This document shows positions 47,851-60,100 of a DNA stretch of 64,000 nucleotides, one piece after another. The position numbers and the translations under genes are program-made. The stretch is from Klebsormidium nitens (taxonomy: Eukaryota; Plantae; Klebsormidiophyceae), in assembly GCA_000708835.1 (NCBI GenBank), contig DF237045.1, forward strand, positions 124,001 through 188,000, written 5' to 3'. Each line of letters begins with the position of its first letter. Within the stretch, counting starts at the first letter, position 1. The notes beneath the pieces are model-generated. The model searched no databases. It was not told the DNA's origin and was given only the letters and a program-made list of their open reading frames with translations.

Positions 47851-48130
47851 TCACACTTCCGGCGTCACACCCTTGTGCGCCTTCTCCGGAACGTGAACGA
47901 GCGGAACCTTGGGCACCTTCTCCTCACCGGCCACTCCCAGATTCCGCATCCGTTTACACTTCCGGCGTCACTCCCCTGTGCACCTTCCCCGGAACGTGGG
48001 CGAGCGAAACCTTTGACACCTTCTCCTCACCAGCCACTCCCAGATTTCGGTTCCGTTACACTTCCGGCGTCACGCCCTTGTGCACCTTCTCCGGAACGTG
48101 GGCGAGCGTAACTTTGGGCGCCTTCTCGTT
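47851..48130 (-). repeat. Three tandem ~102-bp units containing the last codons and stop of the PHT1 gene
   Basis: cacttccggcgtcac anchors at 48059, 47957, 47854; each copy ends GTG ACG CCG GAA GTG + stop (TAA, TAA, TGA). Confidence 0.9.
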
Positions 48131-48339
48131 GTATTGGCGCGCATAGCCCACCAGCCATTCCCAGACGGAAAGGTTCCGCCACTGAACGGCGGGGCCCTGG
48201 TACTCACGGCCCTTTCCTTCCAGGAGCATCACCCAGCGCGCGTCGGCCTCGCGCAGATCCAGACCGGTAATGTCGGGAACAAAAAGAATGGTCAGCGCCA
48301 GGCCTGTAAAAGACGGTTAGAAGATAGTGTGAAGATATC

Positions 48340-48530
48340 TGGTTCAGCGCGCGCCGGCTCGCGCAGAATCAGCAAATGAATGTCGGGCACGGAAAGAATG
48401 GTCAACATAAGACCTGTGGGGAGAGGAGTATGTACATCAAAGGATCGTGGGATCCAGCGCGCTTTGGCTAGCGCAAATCCACCGCTGTAATGTCGCGCAC
48501 GAAGACAAGGTGAGCGTCAGGCTTGCGCAC
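48340..48530 (-). repeat. Two degenerate copies of acceptor + start of the last PHT1 exon
   Basis: Minus strand cag|GTCTTATGTTGACCATTCTTTCCGTGCCCGACATT (~48415) and CCTGACGCTCACC...GCGCGACATTACAGCGGTGGAT (~48520) versus functional cag|GCCTGGCGCTGACCATTCTTTTTGTTCCCGACATTACCGGTCTGGAT at 48303. Confidence 0.75.
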
Positions 48531-50749
48531 GACTAAGTGACGGTGACCGATGATTGCAGGTCACGGTTCAAGGTCCGCTCAGATGGTTTGTAAGGGACCC
48601 GGAAAATTGATTGGAGAATGCTAGGAACGAGTGCACCATAAGATGACGTTCGACCGCGCGAATCTCCTAGAAAGCTCCCGTACATTTGCCGCCAGAAGTC
48701 CGCCCGCCTTTGACCCTTGAATCTCACGCGCTCGGTCGTCCCTTCAAACAAAAGGGACGAACAGTCTCCAATCACGACTTGGCTGGAATATGCACGAGAC
48801 CGCTCGTGGTTGAGAGAGAGAACAGACGAACAGTCTTGTTTATCTTTCAAAACCACGGCCGCAACCTTTCTCGGCAGACATCGTGACTTGATTGCGCAGA
48901 GGATTCGTAAGTGCGTCCCCTCACCAATTCCGGCGCAGACTGTGGTAATGGTGAACTTGCTCTGGTTGTCCACGTGTTGGAACCAGATGCCGGCCGTCAG
49001 TGCGCCGGCCTTGCCGGTCGCCGCCGCGATGCCGTGCGCAGATGCCCTGGGCAAAAGAACGCAGGTAAGGTCACAAACAATCCTAAGTAGCGAAATATGT
49101 ATCGAATTTGCGGGCATCAGGCAACGTGAGAGAAGCGCCAGTCGAATTCGTCAAGCCTCTCGACATTTGACAGGCAGACCGCTGACGTTGGCACGCCTTG
49201 CAAGCTTTCTGCGCGCGTGTACATGAGGGGAAGCCTCAAAAGAAGCAGAAGGCGATGGTCAGAGGCTACAGAACCTACAGATTTGTCGGCGTTTCGAACC
49301 AACAAGAAGCGGCCGCAGTGAAAATAAGTGCACCTTGGCCGAAATCATAGTCCAGTTTGCGTTCATATTCATCTGATAAGAGCCTTCTGACCAATGTAGC
49401 TCTCCGGATCCCCCACAAATGTGAACATATCAGATAAACGCCTGTGGCACCCCGGGGGCTATAAACCGACCACATGCGCCTAACGTGCGCTCACCTGGTC
49501 TCGGTCGGGAAGACCTCCCCGGGCAGTAGTCAGGTGGTCGAGTTGGGCCCCCACTGTCCCCAGAAGGAGCTGAAGAAGTAGAGGAACTCGAAGACGCCGA
49601 TGTACTTCTTTGACGTCAGCGAATCGTAGTAGATGGAGCACAGCAGAAAGAGGACGAAGATGAACGCGAAGCCCATGATCTGCGCAGGACGGAACGGAAT
49701 GAGACTCGGTGATTCAATGAGAGGAATTTTGACGAAGTTCAGTTGCCGTAGAGACTATGTTTCAAGTGCGTCTCGAAGAGGCCATAGGCCATGCCGTGCT
49801 CTGTAGTGGTCTCGAGCGAGTTCTGACGTACGTAATCCAGTGAGAGTTCCTTTGTTGAAAGGCCCTCAGTAGAATCTCTCGAAACGGCTCGTCGATCAAT
49901 CGGGTCTCTTCCAGTAAAGCAACCTGGATTTCTACGTGCCCAAGCAACTGCACAGCTTTAATCTTTCATCACGAAATGCCTCCCGCCACTGCTACGACTC
50001 CATCTTTTGACCCTGCCAATAACATCTCGAAACCTCCCGACGAACCCTTATTTCATTGCGGCTGTCAGCCGCATACGAAAGAGATAAATGTTCCTGTAAC
50101 ATTCAAAAGCTCCAAGATTCCAAGACCCAGTCCTTAACCCTCCAGGTAACCTTGAACCTTGAAATTTAAAGTAAATAAACCTCTGAAGCTCCCCGGAAGT
50201 AACCCTGTTTTGGTCGCCCTCTTACCTGCATCCTGGTTCTGCCCATCCACCGGCGGTCAATGGTGAAGGCGGCGAAAAAGTAGCCCACGTAAGCGATGAC
50301 GGAGTTCAGCAGCGTGTACTCCAATGTCTGGATGAGCGAGGGCGAGCCGCCGATGATGATGTTGATGAACGTGCTCTGCGTAGGGAAAAAACTTTTGTGG
50401 GCTGGCGATAGCATAAATTAGCAGCCTACAGATCGTATCTTAGCATACCGTATGTGGGCTGATCATAGGCAGGGAGTCAAGTTCGGAACTGTTGATGCAA
50501 TGATACAACGTATCCGGCCATCGCTTGTCATGTCGAGGCCGGCCGCTTCTTCGATCAAGCCCGCAAAGGTTTGGCAACCCATTCCAAGGAGAACAAATTT
50601 TCCTAACAAATCATCCGGCTTGACCGTGTAGCTTGAAGAACGGCGGACAGGTTTCAAAGCGGACGCCCAACTCATTAGCACTTTGGTTCGAAATCAGAGG
50701 GTTGTAGAAACACAACACCGTGCCTTTTCTGTATTTATTTACCAACTTG

Positions 50750-51230
50750 GTTTGCATAACCCACCTTGAAAAGCTTGTTGCCGTAGAAGACCACGTCCCA
50801 GACGAACCACGAGAGCGCCATCTCGGCCAGGCAGTATTGACTTCAAAAATCGTGTTTTCAAAAAACTGGGTTGTCAGGTTGGTTTACTTACCCCACCTGG
50901 AAGAGTCTGTTGCCGTGGAAGGGGGCATCCCAGACGAACCAGGAAAGGGCCGTTCAGGCCAGGCAGTATCGATTTCAAAACCCGTGTTTTTTTCAAAATA
51001 AATGGTTACCAGTTTGGTTTAGCTAAGCGACCTGGAACAGCTTTTTGCCGTAGAAGGCCACCGCCCAGACGAACCAGGAAGGCGCAGTCCCGGCTAGGCA
51101 GTACTGATGTCAAAAACTGTGTTTCAATAAATAGGTTCCCAGGTAGGTTTATCTAACCCACCTGGAACAGCTTGTTGCCGTAGAAGGCCACGTCCCAAAC
51201 GAACCAGGAAAGGGCCGTTCCAGCCAGGCG
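50750..51230 (-). repeat. Four tandem ~132-bp units of PHT1 exon 6 end + GT donor; only the most 5' unit is functional
   Basis: Donor (acct, plus-strand view) at 51160, 51030, 50895, 50763; each followed on plus by ttgccgt(a/g)gaag...cccagacgaacca. Confidence 0.9.
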
Positions 51231-54200
51231 GTGCCAATAATGGTACACCAGGACAAGGAATTTGCGCCCGCCAAAGGAGACGCGGAGGCCCTCCTTCTTG
51301 AGGTTGTTCCGCTTCGCTGCAGTGGGGAAGTCTCCACTTGTCAAAGTCAAATAGCATGGATCCTGGTTGCTGATTTCACTAGGAAAGGTGTACTTGAAAT
51401 CAAGAGAGAGGAACGATCACAATCGCTGGACTTCGGCATTTTCATGGTGATTCACGCGCTTGCATCGAGCCCAAAAAATATACTCAACAAAATAGATAGG
51501 CTTCGGTGGCCAGCTGATCGACCTGGCCCATCGAAGAGGACATTCCAATTCAACAAGTAAAGAACCTTGATGCCATCCCGCCACCGCTGAAGAGAAGTGA
51601 CGGAGGTAACAGTCGATCGGCATACTCATTTGGAAATGTCTATTTATCATGCTGGGTCTGTTACAACTCATGTGTGAATTGAGAGCTTAGGACTTCGACG
51701 CTGTCCTGCCAACAACCGCGAAGCTAAACCTTGCACATGCGTCGGCAAACGGAACGGCAGCGCTGCTGTCTCGAGCAGCACAGCGTTCTGAGGTGAGGTG
51801 CTCGCCTGTCCAGATAGACGACTCCTGAAGCTTGAAGATCCTGATGTAGAGCATGATCATAACGGGGATGAGGCCGAAGGCGAAGGAGAGCCGCCACACC
51901 CAGTCTAGTTTCTGCAGCAGTCACGAATGCGTCAGCTGGATTCACGCAACAAACGGCGCTGGCCTTTCGGAATAGATAAAATTTCGCGGAGGATTCTCAT
52001 GTCGCAAACACGAAATGGAATCATATGATTGCTAAACAAGGCGCTCGGGTCAGGTAGGTCTCCTTCACATCTGCAGCTATATAATTTGCATCCAAGCATC
52101 TTTGAAAAATGAATCTCCAATCTTAGATCTGAAACCTGGATACGGAGATTCAATGTCAGTAGAAACTTTAGAAGTGAGAGCAGAATCCAAACGACGAGTC
52201 CTGATTATCAGAGCGCTGCTGAAAATAAGAGCAACTCAAAATGCGTCCGAATCAGAGAAGCGTCCGGCTTACCGTGGGGTCGTACGTGGGTCCCCACTGT
52301 CCGAAGCACGCGAGCAGAAATAGGAGCACGCACACGTTAACCACGTTTCCCAAACCCTGGTTAGAGAACACCAAGATCACGGTCTCGCCGCGCTTGTTGA
52401 TCAGGTTCTTGTCCGCTTCCGCCCGTTCGCCGCGGAAGAAGAGGCGATGGGGTATTCGCCACCGACTCCCACACCGAACACAAGCTGCGTGAGAGAGGAG
52501 AATAATTTGCAACGGGATTTTTGTGGAAGCTCTGCGGACGTCAGATGGACAAGAAATCTCAAAATGAAAGCTTTTACGAAGTGGGCCTGGCATCGAACAC
52601 ATGGGACGTTCTGGAGATCAATAAAATCTGAACTGATTTTGATCCCCCAGAGACTTGTATCCTATTTGGGATACAAACCAACCCTTGAGCGGCCAGTAAT
52701 GTGCATTCACCACCGAGGATTCGGTCGGACGTTTGCAACGTGGAGGCGTCAGCACACGGCCCACGAGAGGTTCGAAACGTACAGACAGGGCCCTGTGAGT
52801 GGCCCCACAATGCGCAAAATAGGTCTTGCTCTCACAAACTTATCCGCAAAAGCAACAGGCCCCGCTGAAAGCAGACGATTTCGCATCGTCAAACGACCGG
52901 GGCTTTTTCTAAGTGGAGGAAAGATGTTCTAAGCGGAGAAAGATGGGTCTGAAGAGAAAAGTCTCACCTGGGAGATTGTGTACATAAGCACGATCCCAGA
53001 CTGGGTGGGCCCGTCGGAGGCGGTGAGCATGATTCCGCCCACGAGCATGATCGACGCTGTAATGATGGAGCCAAGCTTGCGCCCGAGTCGGTCCGCAAAG
53101 AAACCCAGGAAGACCATTCCAGCCATGATGCCCGCAATCTGCAAGGCAAGTTTCGATGTGATTCTTAACATAGAGCATTAAGTTTTGGTAAATGGGAGAG
53201 TATATAGGCCGAGGAGGCACTTGCACTGAGATGCATTTGGAATCCTCCGATTTCAAGAGCATGTAAGGGGTCCAGAGCATTGAAAGAGAGTATGTTGACA
53301 CGCGAAGACGGTACTGCAGTTCAGAGATGACGGCGCGGATCAACACGGGTCGTATCTGCAACGAACTCAAACGAGGAGCAAAAGCCAGAAACTGGACCTT
53401 GTACTTGTCCGAGCAAAGCTGATACCGATCCCATTCGTCAAGGGGTTGGCTTTAGATGGGCCGACGTAGCCAGACATCGTTGACCATTGGCTCGAAGCTG
53501 CCAAACATGCATGCTTCAGATCCTACTCACTGCCCATCGTGTTTCGAGCAGCTACACATGCATGGATAAGACTTGCTGCCATTTAGCGCATTCAAATTGA
53601 TCGAGATCGACAGTCAGGTCACCCCATCAGGACGTCGTCCATCGAAAACAAACGACTGCGAACTGATCAAAGCTGTCGACCTGACTTGCTGAGATTTGCA
53701 AACTGCACAGAAGTCTCTCAACCCCACCTGGGTGTAAGTCGTCGAGTTCGTGAGGCGGTAGCTACAGTTGGGGTGGGTTTTCCCAAAGCACTTGGGGTAC
53801 TCCTTTGCAAAGATCGCCGACAGGTTGCCGATGGAGAAGTGAAGTACGCCTCTGAAAACATGCCCAGCCCTGGGATCTTGAAGGAGAGTACCCATTGGCC
53901 GAACCTGCATGAAGAACAGCAGCTTATTGTAAGGGGCTGGTGAGTGAGACTAAGAGAGCTGGAAGTACTACACCACTGTGCCCTGACAAATCGACTTCCA
54001 GAAAGCCCAGAGGGTTGAAAGTCATGCACATCTGTCTTTAAGAAGATGGTAATATAAGAAGCCTTTGTACGAGATTTCTCGTCAGTCTATCCTTCGGAAA
54101 GCTGACTCGAAATTGGCCTGTCGATGACAGTCAGAGACGCACCTTCTATGCCAACAGTACACTTTCTCACCAATCATTGTTCAGTTTACAATCAGTGAGC

Positions 54201-57164
54201 AATCCAAACATCTTTCTTGAACAAAACCCGCACTCTCCAGATGTACATACGGTGCAGATCCGGGTCTCAGCTATAAGCTTTTTGAGTCAGAGTTGGCAGT
54301 GCCCAGAAACATGCCCAAACAATCTTGACAGCAGAAGCAGCTTGCACCTCAACAAGGTCGTCAGCGTTTTACTGCTCCCCATCCACAGGCTACCAAAGTA
54401 CTGAACTAGCAGCTGTAAGGGGAAAACAAAATTCTAGAATTCTGCTGTCTGCAATGTGAACCAAACACGCTGTCTGCGGTATGGACCAAACAGGTTCTTT
54501 CGAATTCAGGAGCTTCCAAGTTGCTGGCGATCTGGTCAAGAACGGGCAGGGAATCAACTCTACATGGTGCACCATCAAAGTTGAGCTGAACAAACTAAGA
54601 ATTCAACCATTCTGCATGCACATACATTGTGGCTGAATGCAAAGTGAACTCTCAATCTCAGATGCGACTACAAGCTCAGCTCACTAAGTAAGTGATCACT
54701 TCAACAGGAGGTCTAAACTCTGCATTTTCCACTCTAGTTTTGTTGAAAGGACCCCAAGTCAGGCTCAACATGGCGGCACTTTCTGAACAAAGCCAGGATG
54801 ATATTGCGACCACCATTGCTGGATCATGCAACAACGACAGTCCATTCGCTTCAAAAGGGAAAGTTCAGCTCCAGAGAGAACAGTAATCAGTACTCACGCG
54901 ATCACTGGGTTGGAACTGTACACCTTCGATGGCCTGTCCCCGTAGTCGTACTCTTCCGCGGCCACCGCGGAAGCGCTCGCAGGCGCAGCGGTGACTCCCG
55001 TCGGGCCATGGAAGTCCTTCTCGGAGAAGTCGCCATTGCGCGCCGCCATGACGTCAGTAGCACAGGGCTGTGCCGCTTGGGATCGCTGAAATGCTCAGTG
55101 TGACAATGTGAGCGTTGATCGGTAGTGGTACGTCTAGTGTTGTTTCGATCAGCAGCTACTGGTGGAGTTGCCAACCCTCGGGATCTTCAGCGCCGCAAGG
55201 GAGTAACACCCGCCCAGGCCCAAGGACTGCTTGGAACATAAGTAAGTTCTCCATATGCATATCTATCTACCCTTTCAGATGCTCGGACGCTTCCGTTGCG
55301 TTGTGATACTTACTGTGCTAGGAAGAAGCGAGCCTTAATTGTACTTTTCTAAGGCGTTTTAAACAACAGGCTGTCGTGAAAGCCCCTGCTGAGCGAACTG
55401 TGAGCTCACTCATCAGAGGGAATCTCGCTTTCCCTGGAAGGAGTTCCCTGCTGACAAGCACAAGATTCCCTCTCGCCAGCCCTGAGGCTGCCACCGCACC
55501 ATTATGTCAATTATGACTATGATTGCCTAGCTACTTGCAAGATTCCTTTTAGGTAATTGCTTCAAAGTTCAGAGAGCGGCACTTCAATGTTGCGCCCGTG
55601 CATATGCTTCGTGTAGGTCCTAGAGCTGCATGATGCAGATCATATGATTGCGGTCCTCGCGGGGGTCGCTCCGAGGCTGACACGAGGGTGAAATATTGGC
55701 ACTTGTCGCCTAGGCGACAAGCCACCGCAGTATTCCGTACGAAGCGACAATTTGGAACCGGCCTCGGGAGTTCCCCCGGGACGCCTAGACTCTAGAGCAA
55801 ACCGGGGGTTACCGGGCATGGCTGGCCGCTGCAATGTGCAGCCTGCGCGTGTGAACTGTGACTGTGCACTTTGCACAGTGGCTCCGCGGGCCCAGTCGGC
55901 CGGGCATCTATGTGAGGAGTCGACTCCTCACACCGATCGGAGAGGAGTGGACCCCGGGGGCCGGAAATTCAAAGTTCAGAGCCACGTGCCAGACTTCGAC
56001 AGCCAATCATTGGGTCACGCGCGCGGCCGGGCGCGGCCAGCTGCAACGCGCGCCCCGCGACTCGCGAGCTAGTCGCGACCAGAGTCCAGTAGCTAGGGGT
56101 GGGCCGGGACTCGCACACACCGACTTTGTTCTGCCTAAAGCTGCGCATGTTTTTGCGCCACTTCAAGGATTGAGCGGGCCCCCGCCTTCGCCGGTCCCCT
56201 ATTGAACCCATTCGAGTAACCTAGAACACCCCCGGCTGCAATCAGCTCCCATGCAAGCCCAAACCGCTATATCTCAGCACCGGGGATGCGCCGATAAGGT
56301 TTTCTCGTACCTCGATCGATCAAATCAAGAGACAAGATTCCTCACGAATAATTGGATGAATTGATTAGGTGCATTGAATTTCGATCCTAGCTTGTCGATT
56401 CTGTCAATTATTAATCTTTCAAGCGCACCTACGCTGTCAAAAACGCCGGAACTACAAGCTCGATCGCGGCGCGTGGCAAGATTTTTGCCCCAGTTTTGAC
56501 CGAAACAGAAACGAGCGCCCCAGCCGCTTCGATCTCCCAGGACGTATAAGCTTGCGCGCAGGGTACGTCTGGCGAATTCCGTCCAGCCGCGGAAAAAACC
56601 CTGGAACTGCCTGGTAATCCGGCTGTCGACTGCAGCGCACGAAGTGACTACTAATGGACGGTGTCATGTGTATAGAGTTGGCGGCCATCTTCTATACTGA
56701 AGTTTTGTAATGAAGGCATCCAAAATTATCCGGATGACACAGCAGAGATTGCAGCTGCGGCACGCAAATCCTCCTGAACCGGTGCTTGCGAGTTCCACTG
56801 CAGTCTGGGCAATGAAGCAGTCCGACGCTAAGAAGATCGACCAGATGGCCAAGCAATACAAGTCACCTTGATCCCGGCCGTGCCCATGTTAAGAGATATG
56901 CTGCTGCAGCTTTTTCCGTACAACCAAATTTTCCGTTCATAAATCGTCACTTTCGAAAGCAGTTGGATGTTGACGGACGACGGACCATTGGACAACTACA
57001 GTAAGACGGCCGGAATGTGTTCCCACGAAAATTCCCTTGCTTGCACAGTATACGGTCAGATCTCGGATGATCTTTCATCCGGCAACAGTAATGAATCTCT
57101 AGATTGCCCGGTCTGCCTCCCCAAGCAAACACACAGATTGCTGGAGTCACAACGCGCTGCGTCG

Positions 57165-60100
57165 TCAGGCGTGGGCCTTCGCGGGCGTCCCGTGCGGTTG
57201 TTGGCCCTTAACCACGGTCTGGACGGCCGCCAGAACGACCGGCATCAAGCGAGCGTTGGTGGCGATGATGCCCCGGTCCAAGTCGAGGAACCGGCCCTTC
57301 GAGAAGTCGAGCTTGTTGCCGCCCGCGTCACGCACAACGCCGCCCGCCTCTGCAAAGCGGAAGCGATGGGTAAGTTGGGCTTGAAAAGGTGGGTTTGGAA
57401 GGTTAATATCGGGGCTTATAGTGGAAGCCCAAGGATGTCTCGTTCTTACGTGACCGGCCCCTGGACAAGTCGAGCTTGTTGCCGCTGGCGTCACGCACAA
57501 TGCCGCCCACCTCTGCAGTGATTCGAAAAGATGACTTAGCTGGCATTTTGTGGTAGGTATTAGAAGGCAGGTTTGGCAAGCTGATGCGAGCCTTGCATCA
57601 GAAGCCCAGGGATGGTAGAAATCTAGCCAACCGCCAATTCAGTCGTGCCCACCGAAACACTTCCTATCGACGCTGTGATTTTAAATAGTAAGACTCTTCC
57701 TCATTCCCTATCTCCGCCACTCGATGAGAATGTCCAGCATCGACAAAACGGAAAGGACAGAGCTAGAAAAGTTCGTCATATTTTCGAAGAGCGAGTGCTG
57801 TAGACCGGCAATGGATCGTCCCACAAGCTTCGCATGTATTGCCAGTCTGCAGTCATTGCGGAGCCGCAAAGCGTAAGCAGTCGTTGCTGCCAACGCGAAA
57901 GGCAACCTCGGGGGGAGAATGTTGTCAAGGTCCTTCACTAACCGCAGCCACCATGCGTTTGGCTTGAGGGCCTGGCCTACTGCAGGAGACGAAGGAAACA
58001 AAGGAAAGACAGGCGCTTCCAAGAATAATCGAGGAGGACGGCGGTTTTCAACGCAGGCGCATCCTTACATTACACGAGAACGGGAAATGCCAAGCCAATT
58101 TTTGAGTAGCGACGCGACCAGAAACTCTAACGAAACTATGCCTTGGTGAAGAGGGTAACACAACCTATCAGCACACATTGCAAAAGATAACAGTCTGCAG
58201 AAAGGACAAACTCTCGCCCTGCGAAGATTATCTTGTACTTCAAGTGCGACCAGAAAGTGCTACCACAGTAAGTGCCTGTTCTAAACAGAGTGAAGGAACG
58301 AACGGAAACAACATTTATGACCCGAAAATAAGGTAACGGAAAATAAGGTACAAGTTCACCTTCAATGACGCAGCACCCTGCGACGTGGTCCCAAATCTTC
58401 TCGCGGTAGCCCGCGTGCGGGAAGCGCAGGTAGATCGCGGCGTCCCCTCGGGCCATGGCGCCGTACTTGGCCTGGCTGTCGATGCGGCACGGCGGCGCAG
58501 TCACTCCCAAAACCTGCATCAGAGCGGAGTTCTTGCTGACGTCAGCTGGACGTGGATGAGTCGATGCACGGGGCGACGAGGGAGGAGGTTCACTTGGCCT
58601 CGCTGCCAATGCGCACGGCAGCGCAGTGACTCCCAAAACCTGCATCATTGTGCTGACGTCAACGAACGGCGGGAGTGCAGCGTGACGGCACGGCAGCCAC
58701 TTCACTCCTGGGACGTGTGAAGAGATGAAGAAGCTTGTGCTGACGTCAGGAGCACGGAAGTGGAGTGTGCTGAGCAGGAAGGGCGCGGCCCAAGCGTGCG
58801 TGTTCGAAACCAGGAGACAGGCCGCTCGAGGCTGATGCCAGCAAGCTCTTGAACAAAGGCCTGGCAAACCCATTGCTTTCGACACCCAAAATACCCTGTC
58901 AGATTGCAGCCCGCCCTCTATGCTCCCTCAGGTGTCTTCATCAGGTATCTTCAGTGCTGGCTTCTCATCCAGGACTCTTGTCATCCTGGCAACTTAGACA
59001 TGGAAGTGGGGTCGGAATCATTTGTTCACCTGCGCAATGCCCCCCGTCAGTTCCTGGTCCGAGTGCTTCTTCTCAAATGACTCGCAGAAGCTAGCCCACG
59101 CAGGGTCCTCCACGGAGCTCACGCGGACCTGCGGAGAAAGAAGGGAGCAACTCGGAACGGCTGTTCGGTTTGATTGGGATAATTTGTGCGGTTCGATCAG
59201 AAGGCAGAGGTCAAAAGACAGTCAGAGAAACGCAGAGAGCGGCAGGGCATCGGGGTTCGAACGAAGCAACTAACCGCGACTGTAATCCAGGCGCAATCGA
59301 CGGAGAGCAGTAACGGCGAAAAAATGATGTAGTGTTCTCTGGAGCAGTCCGCCTCTTTGGACGACCAACCAAACACCCTTAAGATCGAGTAACGATAGCT
59401 GCGCAGTCTCCGAACCAAAAGAGTACCGCTGACGCATCCAGCACACCAAAACTGGCACACCCCTCTGAAGGGGCTCTTCTTTTCAATAACCTGCCCCGTA
59501 ATCCTTGACTAGTCCTTGATCATCCCTTAATCTTAGTGCTTGATCATCCCTTAATCTTAGTCCTTGATCATCCCTTAATCTTAATCCTTGATCTCAAAAC
59601 CTTCTCGAATCCTGGAAAGCTCAGCTCACCTTTGTTGGCGGTGACGACCCATCGATCGGCTCAACGGTGGTCCCCGCGCCCTTGTAGGCCGCAAAAAGGC
59701 TCCCCACTGGCTCCCCCTTCTTCCGTGCCGCTTCAACGTCCATGGAAGCGAGCGGCAGGTTTGGACACCCCAGGACGCCCAACACGACCTCCCCGCCGTC
59801 CAACAGTCCGAGGGCAACCGCGTATTGGTCGCCACGAACGAACCTGCGGCCGAGGAGAGGTGTGATTCGCAAAAAGAGTAACCGACTCTTGAGTTACTTG
59901 GGTCCAAATCGTTGACTTCAGAGAACCCGACTTTAAGCAGAATCAGCACGACTTTGGTCTGCTCGAGAAATTGAGTACGGGTTGGAGTTTCTCCACTAAT
60001 TTTACAGCAACAGCCTACTGGTTGCTTTGAGTGAACCTGCGGCCAAGAAAAACAATCGTTCGAGCAAGGCGAGTCTAAACAGGATCCATGTGTGAGGGGG

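Larger units (their letters stand above)
48056..55049 (-). pseudogene. PHT1: Phosphate:H+ symporter (MFS, PHT1/PTA/PHO84 family), probably pseudogenised (two 1-nt deletions and one nonsense codon)
   Basis: Exons 54898-55049, 53728-53904, 52968-53138, 52273-52484, 51806-51911, 51162-51316, 50226-50375, 49495-49679, 48925-49046, 48056-48303. Motifs PGLGMFSEAY, ADRLGRK, GVGVGGEYP, RGETVILVFSNQGLG, SWFVWDVAFYGN, FWGQWGPNSTT(*)LLPGEVFPTETRASAHGIAAATGKAGAL. Lesions at 53839-53840, 52429-52430 and TGA at 49530-49532. Confidence 0.8.

Noticed and set aside
48200-48215. Suspected third frameshift in the last PHT1 exon
   Set aside because: Re-reading gives GGA AAG GGC CGT GAG TAC, which is in frame.
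55600-55607. P1BS-like GCATATGC upstream of PHT1 (also at 62594 upstream of SAL1)
   Set aside because: GNATATNC is expected roughly a dozen times in 64 kb, and the same octamer occurs in unrelated places (~10782, ~18994); not significant by itself.
56710-56871. Short plus-strand ORF (MKASKIIRMTQQ...QYKSP*)
   Set aside because: Only 53 codons, with no motif or splice support.
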